NCBI GenBank assembly: GCA_964036045.1
Contig: OZ038378.1
Span: forward strand, 113,522,001 to 113,586,000
Origin: Eutreptiella sp. 'Long Island Sound 2002'
Lineage: Eukaryota; Protista; Euglenida
Length of the DNA stretch: 64,000 nt
Direction of reading: 5' to 3'
A model generated the notes under the pieces. That model was not told where the DNA came from and made no database searches. It saw only the letters and a program-made list of their open reading frames with translations. A program made the position numbers and the translations under genes. How positions within the stretch are numbered: position 1 is the first letter of the stretch; each line of letters starts with the position of its first letter. Shown in pieces: positions 12,510 through 23,464 of this stretch.

Positions 12510-12603
12510 AGCTGGGCTCTGCAGAGCCCAGACCAGTTGCGTAAGTCATTTTACGCCCCAATATTACACATTTCTAATCTCTGGGCTCTGCAGAGCCCAA
12601 GCT
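12510..12603. repeat. Twin palindromes forming a mini inverted-repeat element
   Basis: Perfect 20-bp palindrome ctgggctctgcagagcccag at 12512-12531 and 18-bp tgggctctgcagagccca at 12582-12599, each bounded externally by agct. Confidence 0.9.
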
Positions 12604-12996
12604 ACAAGTGACTCCGTTTGCGCCCACCCCCGTTACAACAATTGGCTCATGTATACAGTGGTCAAGTGGCCACGCGACATGGCGCTGGGTGAAGTGGTAT
12701 ACCTTTCCCGACGCTCTAACATAGTCAGCCTAAACATTGCCCCCGATTTGGTCAGCATGAACAAGGATCAAGGATACAACTCTTGCATACATCTTAGGCG
12801 TCACAAGTTGCCCGCTCTCTAGGACCCCGTATATGCACAATGTGAGAATAATGTACATGTCTATTTTGAGTATGCTATTTGACATATGTGACCAATGTTG
12901 TTACCAGCGCTGTGTGACACCCATTGAAATAGGTATTGATGTGTTAGCCTTATGTATCAACTTCTTCTAGTGTGTTGTATTTGACGTTTTTGAAGC

Positions 12997-13300
12997 TGGC
13001 CGAAATTGAGGCCAGCTTTCGGGTAACACTGCAAATAACTATGTGTATATGCAGCTTTTGACCCCTGTGGCCGAAATTTCGGCCAGCTTTTTGGTTTCTC
13101 ACTGAATAGGGATAGCTATTTTCATTATTCTTCGGGTTGGCCGAAACTTCGGCCACGTTTTTGGTCTATTCACTATTCAAGCCCTCATATTTCGGTTTTT
13201 TGTCGGTTTGGCCGAAATTTCGACCAGGTTTTCCTGTTTTTGCACATATCAGCAATTGTTTACCCTTCGAACACACCTGGCCGAAATGTCGGCTAGCTTG
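12997..13300. repeat. Regularly interspaced palindromic array (CRISPR-like geometry, no cas genes)
   Basis: The palindrome TGGCCGAAATTTCGGCCA (plus a gctttt-like tail) occurs at 12997, 13068, 13138, 13209 and 13278. Periods are 71, 70, 71 and 69. Intervening segments are 51-53 nt and largely dissimilar. Confidence 0.9.
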
Positions 13301-13363
13301 CAATGGTCATTGTTCATGAGTATTACACCTTACACTCCTACATAACTGTTTTCTTGTCTGAGC

Positions 13364-14480
13364 ATGAATGTCTTCTGTATTACTGTAAATGTCGTACATG
13401 CTGCGGTTGCTGGTGCTTTTGCTACTACAGCCGAAGGGCTGTTGCGAAATGCATTACGTGGTGGGACCCTACAAAAGCTTTTGCAATTCTGCCTCTTGTT
13501 GCGGAAGAATCGCAGGAGCCGGCATGGCATAGTTCAAGGCCGCCGCCACCGAGAAGAAGCCCCACGATGGTACTTGACGTTTTTGTCACAGTTCCATGCC
13601 CTGTACTGCCTTCTGCATCGTATGGCCCTCCCATACTCTATCTCTAGTTCTGGTTACAACTAGGGTATTATCTCCCGCCGCCAACGCCGCAAGGTCCTTG
13701 GTCAATGTAAGACTAAGCAGGAGTCCATTCATCATCGTGGTGGACTAGCAGCACACAACTTGTGGAACACGATGCACCGTAGGCAAGTTTGTATATGCTT
13801 TGATAACCTGGGTCGTTAGAGGTCGGGAGCTGATCCCCATTCACCCGACTTAACCCCAAACGGTGTGTGGCATAGGTATAAGTACTGCGATGAATTGATC
13901 TATAGGGCCTTCGTGCCGTTCATTAAGTTTTCGGAGCAGGGGAATAGCCTTAAGGTTGGGTCTATCCTCCCTCGCAAGGTCAAGGTCATCCATATGGAGA
14001 AGACGTTGCTTGGACTCATGCCAGCCACATCGTCCAATAGAGGCAAACTAGATCAGCGTGTAACTGCCCTGCTGAGTAGCCAGCGGGAATTGACACCCAT
14101 TCAGCGCAAGGGTCTGCGTATGTTATTAGCTTTGCTGTACACATACTGTCCGGCTGCTTTTAGCATTGGGACTTTGGTGCATGAGTGCAACTAGGAGGGC
14201 CGGGGGGCAGGTTCCGGGATTGTTGCTAAGCAGGCACTTGAGATGTCCCTACTGCTCATGCTGAACATCCTGAAGCCCGAGGAGCAATGAGCCACGGAGT
14301 ATGTGCACACCATTGCTGTTGCTCTTCTGTTTTAGAGTCAGTGGCATTCCTCCTCCCTAGGGTGTCTCCACTCTAAGGAGCTTGGCGAGGCACTTTTGAG
14401 TTGGTTCTCGGCTCTTTGTCGCCGCAACACTGCCTGTACGAGTGTCCAACAGCAATGGGCTGGCGCCGTGGCCGTGAGCC
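13364..14480 (+). pseudogene. Decayed unclassified transposase-like gene
   Basis: ORFs 13364..13663 and 13865..14194 and the continuing frame give GVWHRYKYCDELIYRAF..LLALLYTYCPAAFSIG..GCLHSKELGEALLS, suggestive of an RNase H-fold transposase C-terminal half. Many stops. Confidence 0.3.
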
Positions 14481-15122
14481 GTGGCGCCAGCTCCGTGGTC
14501 TGCGACGCCAGGTGCCTGTCAGGCGCCGCTAACCGGCTTTGACCTCCGTCGTGTATGCCTTACTTGCCTCCCCCGCACAGCACTCGTCCCCCTACCTTAC
14601 CAGTCCCCCCCCCTCCCCGCCCCACTTCCACCCTACCGTGCTGCTGATGGAGCTAAAGGGTGGGAGTGGGGGAGGGTAGAAACGTAAAACAGAGCGGTTT
14701 GCCTGCCCTGAGACTTGGTGCTTGGGTGCCTTGGTAAACACCAGTTTGTCCCCCCAACCGGGTTTACCACTTCGACCCCCCCACTGCTCACTTCTACAGG
14801 CTTTTGAAAAATTTTTGCTGCCCGCCCACCCACCCAAGAGTCAGTCCATGTGCACGGGAACCTTTGTTATTTGTGACTCTTAAGTTTAGTACGAGTGAAG
14901 CATCATGATTTAGCTATATTTTGCGAGGCCTATGTGTATGGCGGCGCTAAGAGTCCGGAGTCGGGACAGCCCCATGGCCGCCCGTACGCGAGTGGAGTGA
15001 ACTGCTGGTGTTGCAAGGTGTCCAGGTTTACGTGAGAAGTGCCATCATATGTTCCTATTGCCCGAATGGGCATTACTTCGTGCTGCGGACGCACTATCAT
15101 CTTGTGTTTCGCGGCCCAGAGC

Positions 15123-16824
15123 GGTCACAATATCATAAAAGCAAGTTTCGAAAACTTCGATTTTTCAGCTGCCTAGGGTGAAAAACTGCATCAACAGGTT
15201 GTGTACCAATCCCTTGGGAGCCCCCCCCCCCCCCCGTGACCTAATACCCAAATAGGGTGAAAGACACGTAAATACGGCCTAAAACATGCTTTACATACCT
15301 TGGATGGTCATTTTAGGTGGTCACAATATCATAAAAGAAAGTTTCGAAAACTCCGATTTTTGAGCTGCGTAGGGTGAAAAACTGCAAAAGCAGGTTGTGT
15401 ACCCGCCCATTCACTAGGCCATTATTGGTGGAAACCGTCATTTCGCGTCTTTGGCACAGGTTGTGACCGACTCTTAGCAAGGCTAGAGGATGCAAAAAAA
15501 CGTCCTTCCGTATCCTAGTAGGCATATACTGTCACAACGTCCCCACTCACACCCCTCAGAGTGGGTACCACGGGGTCACCGAGGTCGCCAAAACTGCCAA
15601 CATAGCAAAAATGGCTTAAAAGTGCATAAACTGCAGAAGCGCTCGTCCCACTCTGCCCCATACAAACCCCATGGAGTCGGGACCCGGAACACTTTTTCGG
15701 GTCAAAATCGAAAAAAACCAAAAGATTCATGATTTTCGACCCAAAAAAAGGGGGGGTCACTCTTTGACAACCCCCCCCCCCCCCTCCCTCAAAACACCAA
15801 ACCGGTGGGTTTCAAGTGGGGGGAGGTCTGGGGGGGTTCCGGACCAAAGACTCATTGGGGAATGCGTTTATTGGACAAAATAATGATTTTACAAGGGGTT
15901 AAACCAACACTTCAACCCCTTGGGGTAGGGTACGCGAATAGGCCCAAAAAGGCCCAAAAGGGGGGGGTATGTGGCATTTTCCCCTATGTACGCCTGCCTG
16001 GCTTTGATCTAACAACCTCTGCGAGGTGATTGTATTGCCTTTGGCAAGTCCACCTTGCAGAGAATCTACCCCAAGCAACACACACCCAAAATAGGGTAAA
16101 TACTACATAAATACGGCCTAAAACATGCTTTACATATGTGGGATGGTCATTTTAGTTGATCGCAATGTCAAAAAAATAAGTTTCGGAAATTTGATGTTTG
16201 AGTTTTACAAGCAGAAAAGCTGCATAAGCAGGTTGTGTACCAATCCCATTTGCCCCCCCCCCCCCGGCACCCAATACCCAAATGGAATGTAAAACACAAA
16301 TACTGCCTAAAACATGCTTTACATACCTTGGATGGTCATTTTAGGTGACCACGGTATCAAAAAAATGAGTGTCAAAAACTTCGATTTTTGACTTGCCTGG
16401 GCTGAACAGCCGCATAAGCAGGTTGTGCACCACTTCCTTGGGAGACCCCCCCCCCCCCCCCAAGCTGCGTGCCCAATACCCAAATAGGGGGAAAAACACA
16501 TAAATACTGCCTGAAACATGCTTTTTCGACCCCATTATGGGGGTCATTTTCTGCCCTCCCCCCCCACACCCCCTCCCCCCCCCCACCTCCCTCAATTTAG
16601 TGGGGTTCAAGTGGGGGGGGGGGTCTAGGGGGGTCCGGACCGAAAACTGACTGGAGGACGTGTTTTTTTGGACAAAATAATGATTTTGCAAGGGGTTAAA
16701 CGAACGAATAAGTCCCTTGAGGTAGGGTACGCGAATAAGCCCAAAAAGGCCCAAAATGGGGGGTTATGGTGTGTTCCCATCAAAACGGGCCTGCCTGGCT
16801 TTGATCTAACAACCTCTGCGAGGT
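15123..16824. repeat. Composite satellite-like / subterminal repeat block (about 196-bp units plus a duplicated about 300-bp unit)
   Basis: ggtcacaatatcataaaag at 15123 and 15319, with further degenerate units at about 16150 and 16345. Segment 15720-16030 is repeated at about 16520-16824, both copies ending tttgatctaacaacctctgcgaggt. Confidence 0.85.
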
Positions 16825-17647
16825 CTTTTCAATTCCAAAAGCATCACAAGGTCACAACACACCCCTGCCAATTTGCCCCTGGGGTAAGTGATTTGGCTAG
16901 CATGAGATCCCGCAATTTGTAATAACCTCAAGGTGGCGTTGGTGTTGGTTTCATTTTGTGAAACTATAGGCATGTACAAACCCATAGGGAGCCATGTAGC
17001 ACCACTCGGGCCTCCCTTGTTGTGTCATTGGGAAAGATTTAGGCAAATAACAGGGAGGCGGAGCCACAAGACCTGTCTGATGAAGTCTTTATGTTGTGCT
17101 GGAACGTTGAAAGAGTGGAAGGCTTTCCACACTTCAGGCAGCTAGCTGCCTTGGTCTGAGAGAGTTAGGAGAGCCAAGAAACAGTGCCATGGATTTCGTG
17201 GTCTAGCGTGACCAAATGTTCGCCCCTGGAACGGGACGGTGCGGTGGCACCGTGGGTGCCTGGCTTGGACTCGAGGGGCAATAATGAAAAACGACCTGCT
17301 GATAAATGGGCGCCCAAGTGGGCGCGATTTGCGAAATACGTGTGCTGTCGTTGAGTAGATCTCCCACCGTAGTGACCCCCTGCCGAATGAGCTGGGGGCA
17401 AAAGTACGTGAGGGATGTAGACTTGGAGAGCAGTTTGTTATGCCAAAGTGGGGTGTCATGTGATAGTGCTTCACGTCGGTTGAAAGCCACTTTTGAGGTG
17501 ACAAGTGAGTATGCTCGAGCACTCCAAGCGAGATACGGCATTTTGTGCCAAACAACATTGCTCCCCATTGGAAAAGTGTGGAGCGTAGACGGGGATGTTA
17601 CTATGCCGTGCTCAGCGGCGAAACACTCATAAGGGTCTGTGACACAT

Positions 17648-20176
17648 TTAGGAATGACTTTTGCTTTGTAGATGTGGCGAATGAAAATGGTAGAAAACTG
17701 CCAGAGCAAAAAAGTGTCGGGGGGGGGGCAGTTCCAATCCCCCTGGGTCTTTGCTGTGTGACAGGATGTCGAGTGTAATGCCCCAATTGCTGAGCTTCAG
17801 GGCCACTCGGTAGATGGTTTTAACCGCTGCGACGACGTTGTCGGATGGATAGACAACTCGGGCTGGGTAGACCAGCAGAGGGAGGATCCAACTTTGGAGA
17901 AGTTCCACCCAATCAGCAAGCGAGAGGGACCACGACTGCATGGAAAACGCACGTCCTGTGGCTTTTCTAGGTGCTGGTCCATAGGCCTCTTCCGCTGTTG
18001 TAGCCCCCAGGACAATTCCCAGATAATTGTATTTTTCGACTATTCTGAGGCCTGTGCTCAGGAGTTGAACCCTGTGCACGGGGTCCCATTGTCCTTTTAG
18101 CAGAATGTTGGACTTATCGAGGTTTGTGAACAAGCCTGTGACCTTAGAGAACTCTTGGATCCTGTTCCAGACTAAAAGGAAAACCCGAACTCCTGTGGTC
18201 GGGTCGCAGTCAATAATGATGATTAAGTCGTCTGCGTAAAGCAGAACTTGCACGTGAACAGACAGATCCATAAGCTTATGAATCATGGGGGAGATGAGCA
18301 TTGCAAATACAGAAGGGGAGAAGGGGCACCCTTGTCGGACACCCGAGCAAGGGAATATTTTGTGGTCAGCATAAATGTGATGACGAACAAGCACGCAGAT
18401 GGGCGCTGTGAACAGTAAAAAGCAGAGGGAGATCACACTGTCTGGTAGTTGCATAAGGTTAAGGAATGTGCGGGTGTACTCGTGTGAAACTGAGTCAAAA
18501 GCTTTTTTGAAATCTATGGGGCAAAAAAGGGCGTCCCCCGGGGAACTCCAGGAGCCGAAGGTATGCCAAAGGTTCGTGAAGATTGATCGTCCCCTGATGA
18601 AACCCCGTTGCTGAATAGGGGTGAGGGCGTCGATGTAATCTCTGAGTTGCAGGGCCAAAATGGCTGCCACCCATTTATGTGATGTGTTTTGCAGAACTAA
18701 GGGTCGCAGGTTGTGGACCGAAGCAGTCCCAAGTCCTTTCGGAATGGGATTTAGGAGGGCCAGTGACCAATCGCTGTTGAGTGTGTTAGAGGATAGGATG
18801 CCCGTGTGAATGTCCAGCATTATAGGGCAAAAGAAATCAGAAAAAGCTTTGTAGATGGATACCTGGACCCCATCGATTCCCGGTGCTGACGTGCCGTTCA
18901 AAGACTCCAGTGCAGCGTGCACTAGGTCCAATGACAGCGGTTGTATCAGCATTTTTGCCATCAGTGCTAGGTTTTTGCCATGAAAAATTTTTTCGAGGTA
19001 TGTCAAGGCCTCCGGTTGGGGTTTTCCGGAGGAATTCATTGTTTGTTGCCAATAGGTGACAATTTCAGAGACCATGGATCCAGGGTCGGGCAGAAGCTGG
19101 CCAGACCTATTGCGCAAAGAGTATAGTTTTCGTTTGAACTGTAGCTGTTTGGTGAGTCGCCAGATTTCTTGGCGGCGGCGCCATGGTTGGAAATGGTGTG
19201 GGTCGTGTAAAGTAGTTTTAAGCTTATCCAGCACCTGTTGCCCAGATCGGTCGCTGTCTGACCGTTCGGCCAGAGCTGTTAAAATTTTGTAGGCAGCTTT
19301 CGCGGATGAGGGAGTGTACCCGTGTTCCTTAAGGTAGCACCAGGCTTCCTCAGAAAGGTGATGTATGGAAGAAACCATCAACAGAGATTGTAGTTCCGTG
19401 ATGCCTGTAGCTCCGTGGGCTTTTTCGTAGGAAAAAGTTGCTGTTTTGATACATTCCATACCGTCAGCCCACTTGGAATAGCCTTCGGTGTCAATGGATT
19501 GCAAATCAGCCTGAAGTTGTTGGAGGGTGTCCTCCGAGGAGAGGAAAGCCGTGGGAATTCTGAGTCGCTTCCCTTGTTTGGTAGGCTTAGCGGACAGTGA
19601 AGCAATAACCGCCTTGTGGTCTGAACTAGCCACAAAACGGCTATGGCACTCAACAACGGAGTTTTGAAAATTCTCCTGGAGAAGGATTCTGTCGATCCGT
19701 CGTTTCCTGTCTAGCACGGGAGTACACTCATTTGCGGCTAAGTCGGGGCTGGCCGACGCCGTTGGCTTGGCAGGAGCAAAGCCCCACGTCCAGCCTTCCA
19801 AATCAAAATCAGAATGTCTACCACTGTGAAAACATGCGAAGGTGTCGATCGGCTGATGGTTAGTCAGAAAATCTAGTTCCGCTTCACGGGCAGCAATGAC
19901 AGTGGAATGCTCGGAAGATAGGTGCGGTGCACAAATGTCCCTTGAGGGGACTGTGACCGAGTTGTGATCGGATAAATATATGGTGTCTCTCGGAACAAGA
20001 GTGGGCGCAATTTGTGAAAGCATAGTCCATTGGCGTTGTTTTTCGACAGCGTCATGGTGAACATGATAAACGCAGAAATGATGCTTGACCCCATCGGGAT
20101 CAGATAGTTGAGCAAAAAGATGTCGTTTTTCAATGGACCATGAATTCAAGAGGGTCCAGGTGTTGTGAAAGATCAA
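17648..20176 (-). CDS. LINE ORF2, APE endonuclease + reverse transcriptase (disrupted)
   Basis: APE motifs: SDHN, RIDRIL, SDHKAV. RT motifs: APGIDG, NLRPL, QRGFIRGRSI, IDFKKAFDSVSH, GVRQGCPFSP, YADD, YNYLGI. The N-terminus (ATFNANGL..LQEAH, ORF 20264..20518) is in the same frame across a single TAG at 20264-20266. The C-terminus continues in ORF 17203..17709 after a slip in the G-run near 17720. Confidence 0.95.
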   Translation of the reverse strand: MIFHNTWTLLNSWSIEKRHLFAQLSDPDGVKHHFCVYHVHHDAVEKQRQWTMLSQIAPTLVPRDTIYLSDHNSVTVPSRDICAPHLSSEHSTVIAAREAELDFLTNHQPIDTFACFHSGRHSDFDLEGWTWGFAPAKPTASASPDLAANECTPVLDRKRRIDRILLQENFQNSVVECHSRFVASSDHKAVIASLSAKPTKQGKRLRIPTAFLSSEDTLQQLQADLQSIDTEGYSKWADGMECIKTATFSYEKAHGATGITELQSLLMVSSIHHLSEEAWCYLKEHGYTPSSAKAAYKILTALAERSDSDRSGQQVLDKLKTTLHDPHHFQPWRRRQEIWRLTKQLQFKRKLYSLRNRSGQLLPDPGSMVSEIVTYWQQTMNSSGKPQPEALTYLEKIFHGKNLALMAKMLIQPLSLDLVHAALESLNGTSAPGIDGVQVSIYKAFSDFFCPIMLDIHTGILSSNTLNSDWSLALLNPIPKGLGTASVHNLRPLVLQNTSHKWVAAILALQLRDYIDALTPIQQRGFIRGRSIFTNLWHTFGSWSSPGDALFCPIDFKKAFDSVSHEYTRTFLNLMQLPDSVISLCFLLFTAPICVLVRHHIYADHKIFPCSGVRQGCPFSPSVFAMLISPMIHKLMDLSVHVQVLLYADDLIIIIDCDPTTGVRVFLLVWNRIQEFSKVTGLFTNLDKSNILLKGQWDPVHRVQLLSTGLRIVEKYNYLGIVLGATTAEEAYGPAPRKATGRAFSMQSWSLSLADWVELLQSWILPLLVYPARVVYPSDNVVAAVKTIYRVALKLSNWGITLDILSHSKDPGGLELPPPRHFFALAVFYHFHSPHLQSKSHS

Positions 20177-20499
20177 TGCAGCTCCCCCTCTACCTTTGGG
20201 GCTCAGGTTAGAGAGGAGGACAAAGCCCCAGTCCTTGAAACGTTCAGTAAGCTGTTCGAGGCACTATTCATCTTTGATGTGCGCCTCCTGGAGTCCCATT
20301 ACATGGATGGAGTTACGGTATAGAAAATGGCATACCTGAAAATGTCTGTCTTCCGAAAAATTTTCACCGACGGGGACCTTGGTGGTCAGCCCGTTGGCGT
20401 TGAATGTAGCTATCTTAGTGTGTGCTGCAGCATAGACCACTGGCTGTTGGTTGTCTCCAATTGGACGTCCAACTGCGGGTGGTTGATGGCGTGCTGTTT

Positions 20500-22654
20500 G
20501 CTGAGAGTGAGAAGTCATATCATCATGTAGGCTGCTTCACAGTTTGCGCATAAGAAAGTTTTTTCGATTCAGTAGAAACAGGCTTTTTCCTATTGGCCAT
20601 AGACTCCCGTTTGAGGTTGTTAAATTCATCAATGGGAATGATGGATATGGAAATTTGTTTTGCTTCGTCATGAAGCATAACGCTTTGGTTTGTGGAGGCT
20701 AACTAACCTTTTATTCTCCACGCGGCGGTGGAAAAACGTCCCGGATTCCATGTGGACCGGACCGCTGATTCGGCAAGGAAACCGTTCTCATTGAGAAAAG
20801 ACAGCAGGGCAGGGCCCTGTAACCAGATGGGCACGTCATAGACTACTTTAAGATAAGAATGCCCCTCCGGGGAGGATGAGGCAGAAGAGGCAAAGGAGAC
20901 TGAGTCTGTATGAGATTCCCCCTTGAACCAGTCACGCTGACGTTCGTCCTTGAACAGTAGGCCATTGGCCTTCATTTGAACATAAGGGCCAGAAATGAAT
21001 TGTTCAGTGGCAGATTCAGTAGAAAGTCCCACTCGCAATTTGTTGAAACCGGTGACTTGCGGGTATGTGGGGTCGGAGATATTAGAAAGGGCTTGCTTGA
21101 CATTACACCAGAGATGTTTGGCGTAGTTCTCCTTGTGGGTCTCTTATAGAAGACGTCAAGGACAGTGTGGCATTGGGGGAAAATAGAGCCGTCGAATTCC
21201 GACATGCTCATTAGGGCGAAAAAATCTAATTNNNNNNNNNNNNNNNNNNNNNNNNNNNNNNNNNNNNNNNNNNNNNNNNNNNNNNNNNNNNNNNNNNNNN
21301 NNNNNNNNNNNNNNNNNNNNNNNNNNNNNNNNNNNNNNNNNNNNNNNNNNNNNNNNNNNNNNNNNNNNNNNNNNNNNNNNNNNNNNNNNNNNNNNNNNNN
21401 NNNNNNNNNNNNNNNNNNNNNNNNNNNNNNNCCCCGATTTGTGAGTTTATGATTGTCCATTGTTTTTGGAGGCGATTCGTGTCCTCGGCAGTAACCTCGG
21501 CCCCAAGCTGTTCATGTTGGCTTTCCACCTCTTTGGCTTGGGTGATGAGATCAAAATAGTTCTTACGAGCTTTCAGCAGTGGATTGTCCTCAGCAATGTC
21601 CAATTGTTGCAGTGTCATTCGAATAGCGATGCCCAGATCGTCGATAGATTGTGTTAGCCGCTATCCATAGGAAGCATAGGAAGCATAGGAAGCATAATGC
21701 AGGGTTGGTGAGGTGTCCGGATTTCTCCAAGTTGCTCTTCTCCTCCATTAGCGCAGTTCTCTTAGAAGTCAAATCCAAAATATTGTTTGCAGAAGAGAGT
21801 TGAAGACCTCTTGTCATAGGGTCGTCGCTCCTAGCTTGTTCCATCATTTCATCAACAATTTCTTTTGACCGCTGCTGCGTGATTTGATTCAGGATTGTGA
21901 CCAGGTGCTGAGAGAGCAGAGCTTTAGAAGCTGCAAATATAGGAGTTGTGAAAGCTTTATTTTAGGTATTCTAGTTGCATTGCGACAGTAATTGCGTCAG
22001 AGCTGCCTCGGTGAGCGGAGCCTGTCGGAGAACATCTTGTATTGATGTTGTCAGAGAGTCTGCCGTGGCCGAGTTAATAGCTTGCAATAGCTGCCGAATG
22101 GAGCTGTCATCGATTACTGGTACGGCAAATTCGTCCATGATTGTGACGTTGTAAGCAGGGGCACCCAGGGACAGCGAGCGAACTGTGCGAAGCGTCTGTC
22201 ACAGCTGACGGAGTTATTGGCCAAAAGAGTGTTGTAGGATAAAGTGTTGAAGGGCAGGGGGGTAGGTGATGAACCTCCACTCCCAGTAGACGGCACGCGG
22301 TAGTAGAAGTTGGTATAAGCAGTTCTTTAGTCCAAATTGAACTTGATGATCGGTTCGAAATAGAAAGTCCGCCACCAGATAGATTGGCTTGAAGCTGTCA
22401 CCCAGATCTCTATCCAAAAAGGCTGGAATGTTCCGTCCCAATCGAAACGCCTGTTGTTCGTGGGTCTCTTGTTCGTCTTGAGGAATTGGCGGCGACGAGG
22501 GTGGCGAGGAGGGCTGCGAGGGCGGGTTTCGGGCTATCTCTGCCTCAATCTCCTCCCAGTGTTGCTGCACTTCACAGTGGAGGGGCGAGTCGGTGTTTGT
22601 TGATTGCTGAGCGTTGTCAGTGCCTTGGGGCATGTCCCCGGGCAGGCATGGCAT
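20500..22654 (-). pseudogene. LINE ORF1 (gag-like, coiled-coil), fragmented
   Basis: Consecutive minus ORFs 22214..22693, 21590..21847, 21226..21618 and 20703..21038 lie directly upstream of ORF2. There is a 9-bp triplication cataggaag at about 21667. Confidence 0.7.
21232..21431. other. Assembly gap (200 N)
   Basis: Run of exactly 200 N. Confidence 1.
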
Positions 22655-22799
22655 GAAAAGAGTCGAAAAAAAATAGACACGAAAAAAATACACTCAGAAA
22701 GTGGGGGGGGGTGGCTTTCGAGCCCATTTTCCAACCTCCCCCCCCCCCCCTGGCGTGGGCTCTCAAGTCGGCCCCTTGACTATGCCTTGTGGGCGGGTC

Positions 22800-23171
22800 C
22801 TACCTGGTGCCTTTGGTCGTGGTACTTCTATTTAAGGGCACAAGGACCCCCAGTCTCTTCCTGCTCCCATGTAGTGCCACACCTTGGCCTCCCATTGGCA
22901 CACAAAGATTTGCATATTGCGAATCACTACTGCTGTCAGAGTTGGAGTCGGAGCTCAAATCAAAGCTAGAATCAGAGCTGGAGGAGGTGGTTGACCTTGG
23001 TGTTGAAGTGCATGCCAAGGAACGAACATAGTCACCATCCGTGCCACATGACCTCACCTCAGAGGTGTCGTCCGCCACACATTCAGGACAGAACCATGGA
23101 CCATCAAGAATGTATGTCGATGGCGGGACAAGACATTTTTGGTGGTAGCCACGTTGTTCTGAGTGATTCAC
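22800..23171 (-). pseudogene. PHD-finger C-terminal half followed by a Ser/Asp-rich tract
   Basis: RGYHQKCLVPP..ILDGPWFCPECV matches the H-x2-C...W-x-C-x2-C half of a PHD finger. The N-terminal Cys pairs are not found. Confidence 0.6.
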
Positions 23172-23464
23172 CTCACCAATGGTTCACAAAACTACACACG
23201 GAATGCAACAATGCACTAATAAAGGCTACCAGTCCCCGGCCACTCCCCAAAATGAGGCCTGTCGACCGCTCCAAAATGGCGGGGGTATCATACTAGCCAA
23301 CAACACTCATTGTCGCCGGCAATTTTCAATGACCCTATGTAGAGAAAACAACAAAATTCACTCTTGGACTTGGGAGCCCCCCCCCCCCCCCCCGCTTCGG
23401 AGCAAATTTCTGGTCGCCTTGCATTTGGCGACACCACCTAGCAGAGAATTGCTCTTCATAGCAT

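Larger units (their letters stand above)
16850..22700 (-). mobile_element. L1/Tx1-like non-LTR retrotransposon (ORF1 + APE-RT ORF2), inactivated
   Basis: ORF1 remnants at 22654 to about 20500 and ORF2 with APE and RT motifs. The 3' end is decayed, and no TSD or poly-A tail was found. Confidence 0.9.

Noticed and set aside
12997-13300. Calling the array a true CRISPR locus
   Set aside because: No cas genes are present, the context is eukaryotic, the repeat is short (18-24 bp), and two spacers are weakly similar. It is reported as a CRISPR-like repeat only.
20972-21460. ORFs containing long X runs
   Set aside because: They read through the 200-N assembly gap.
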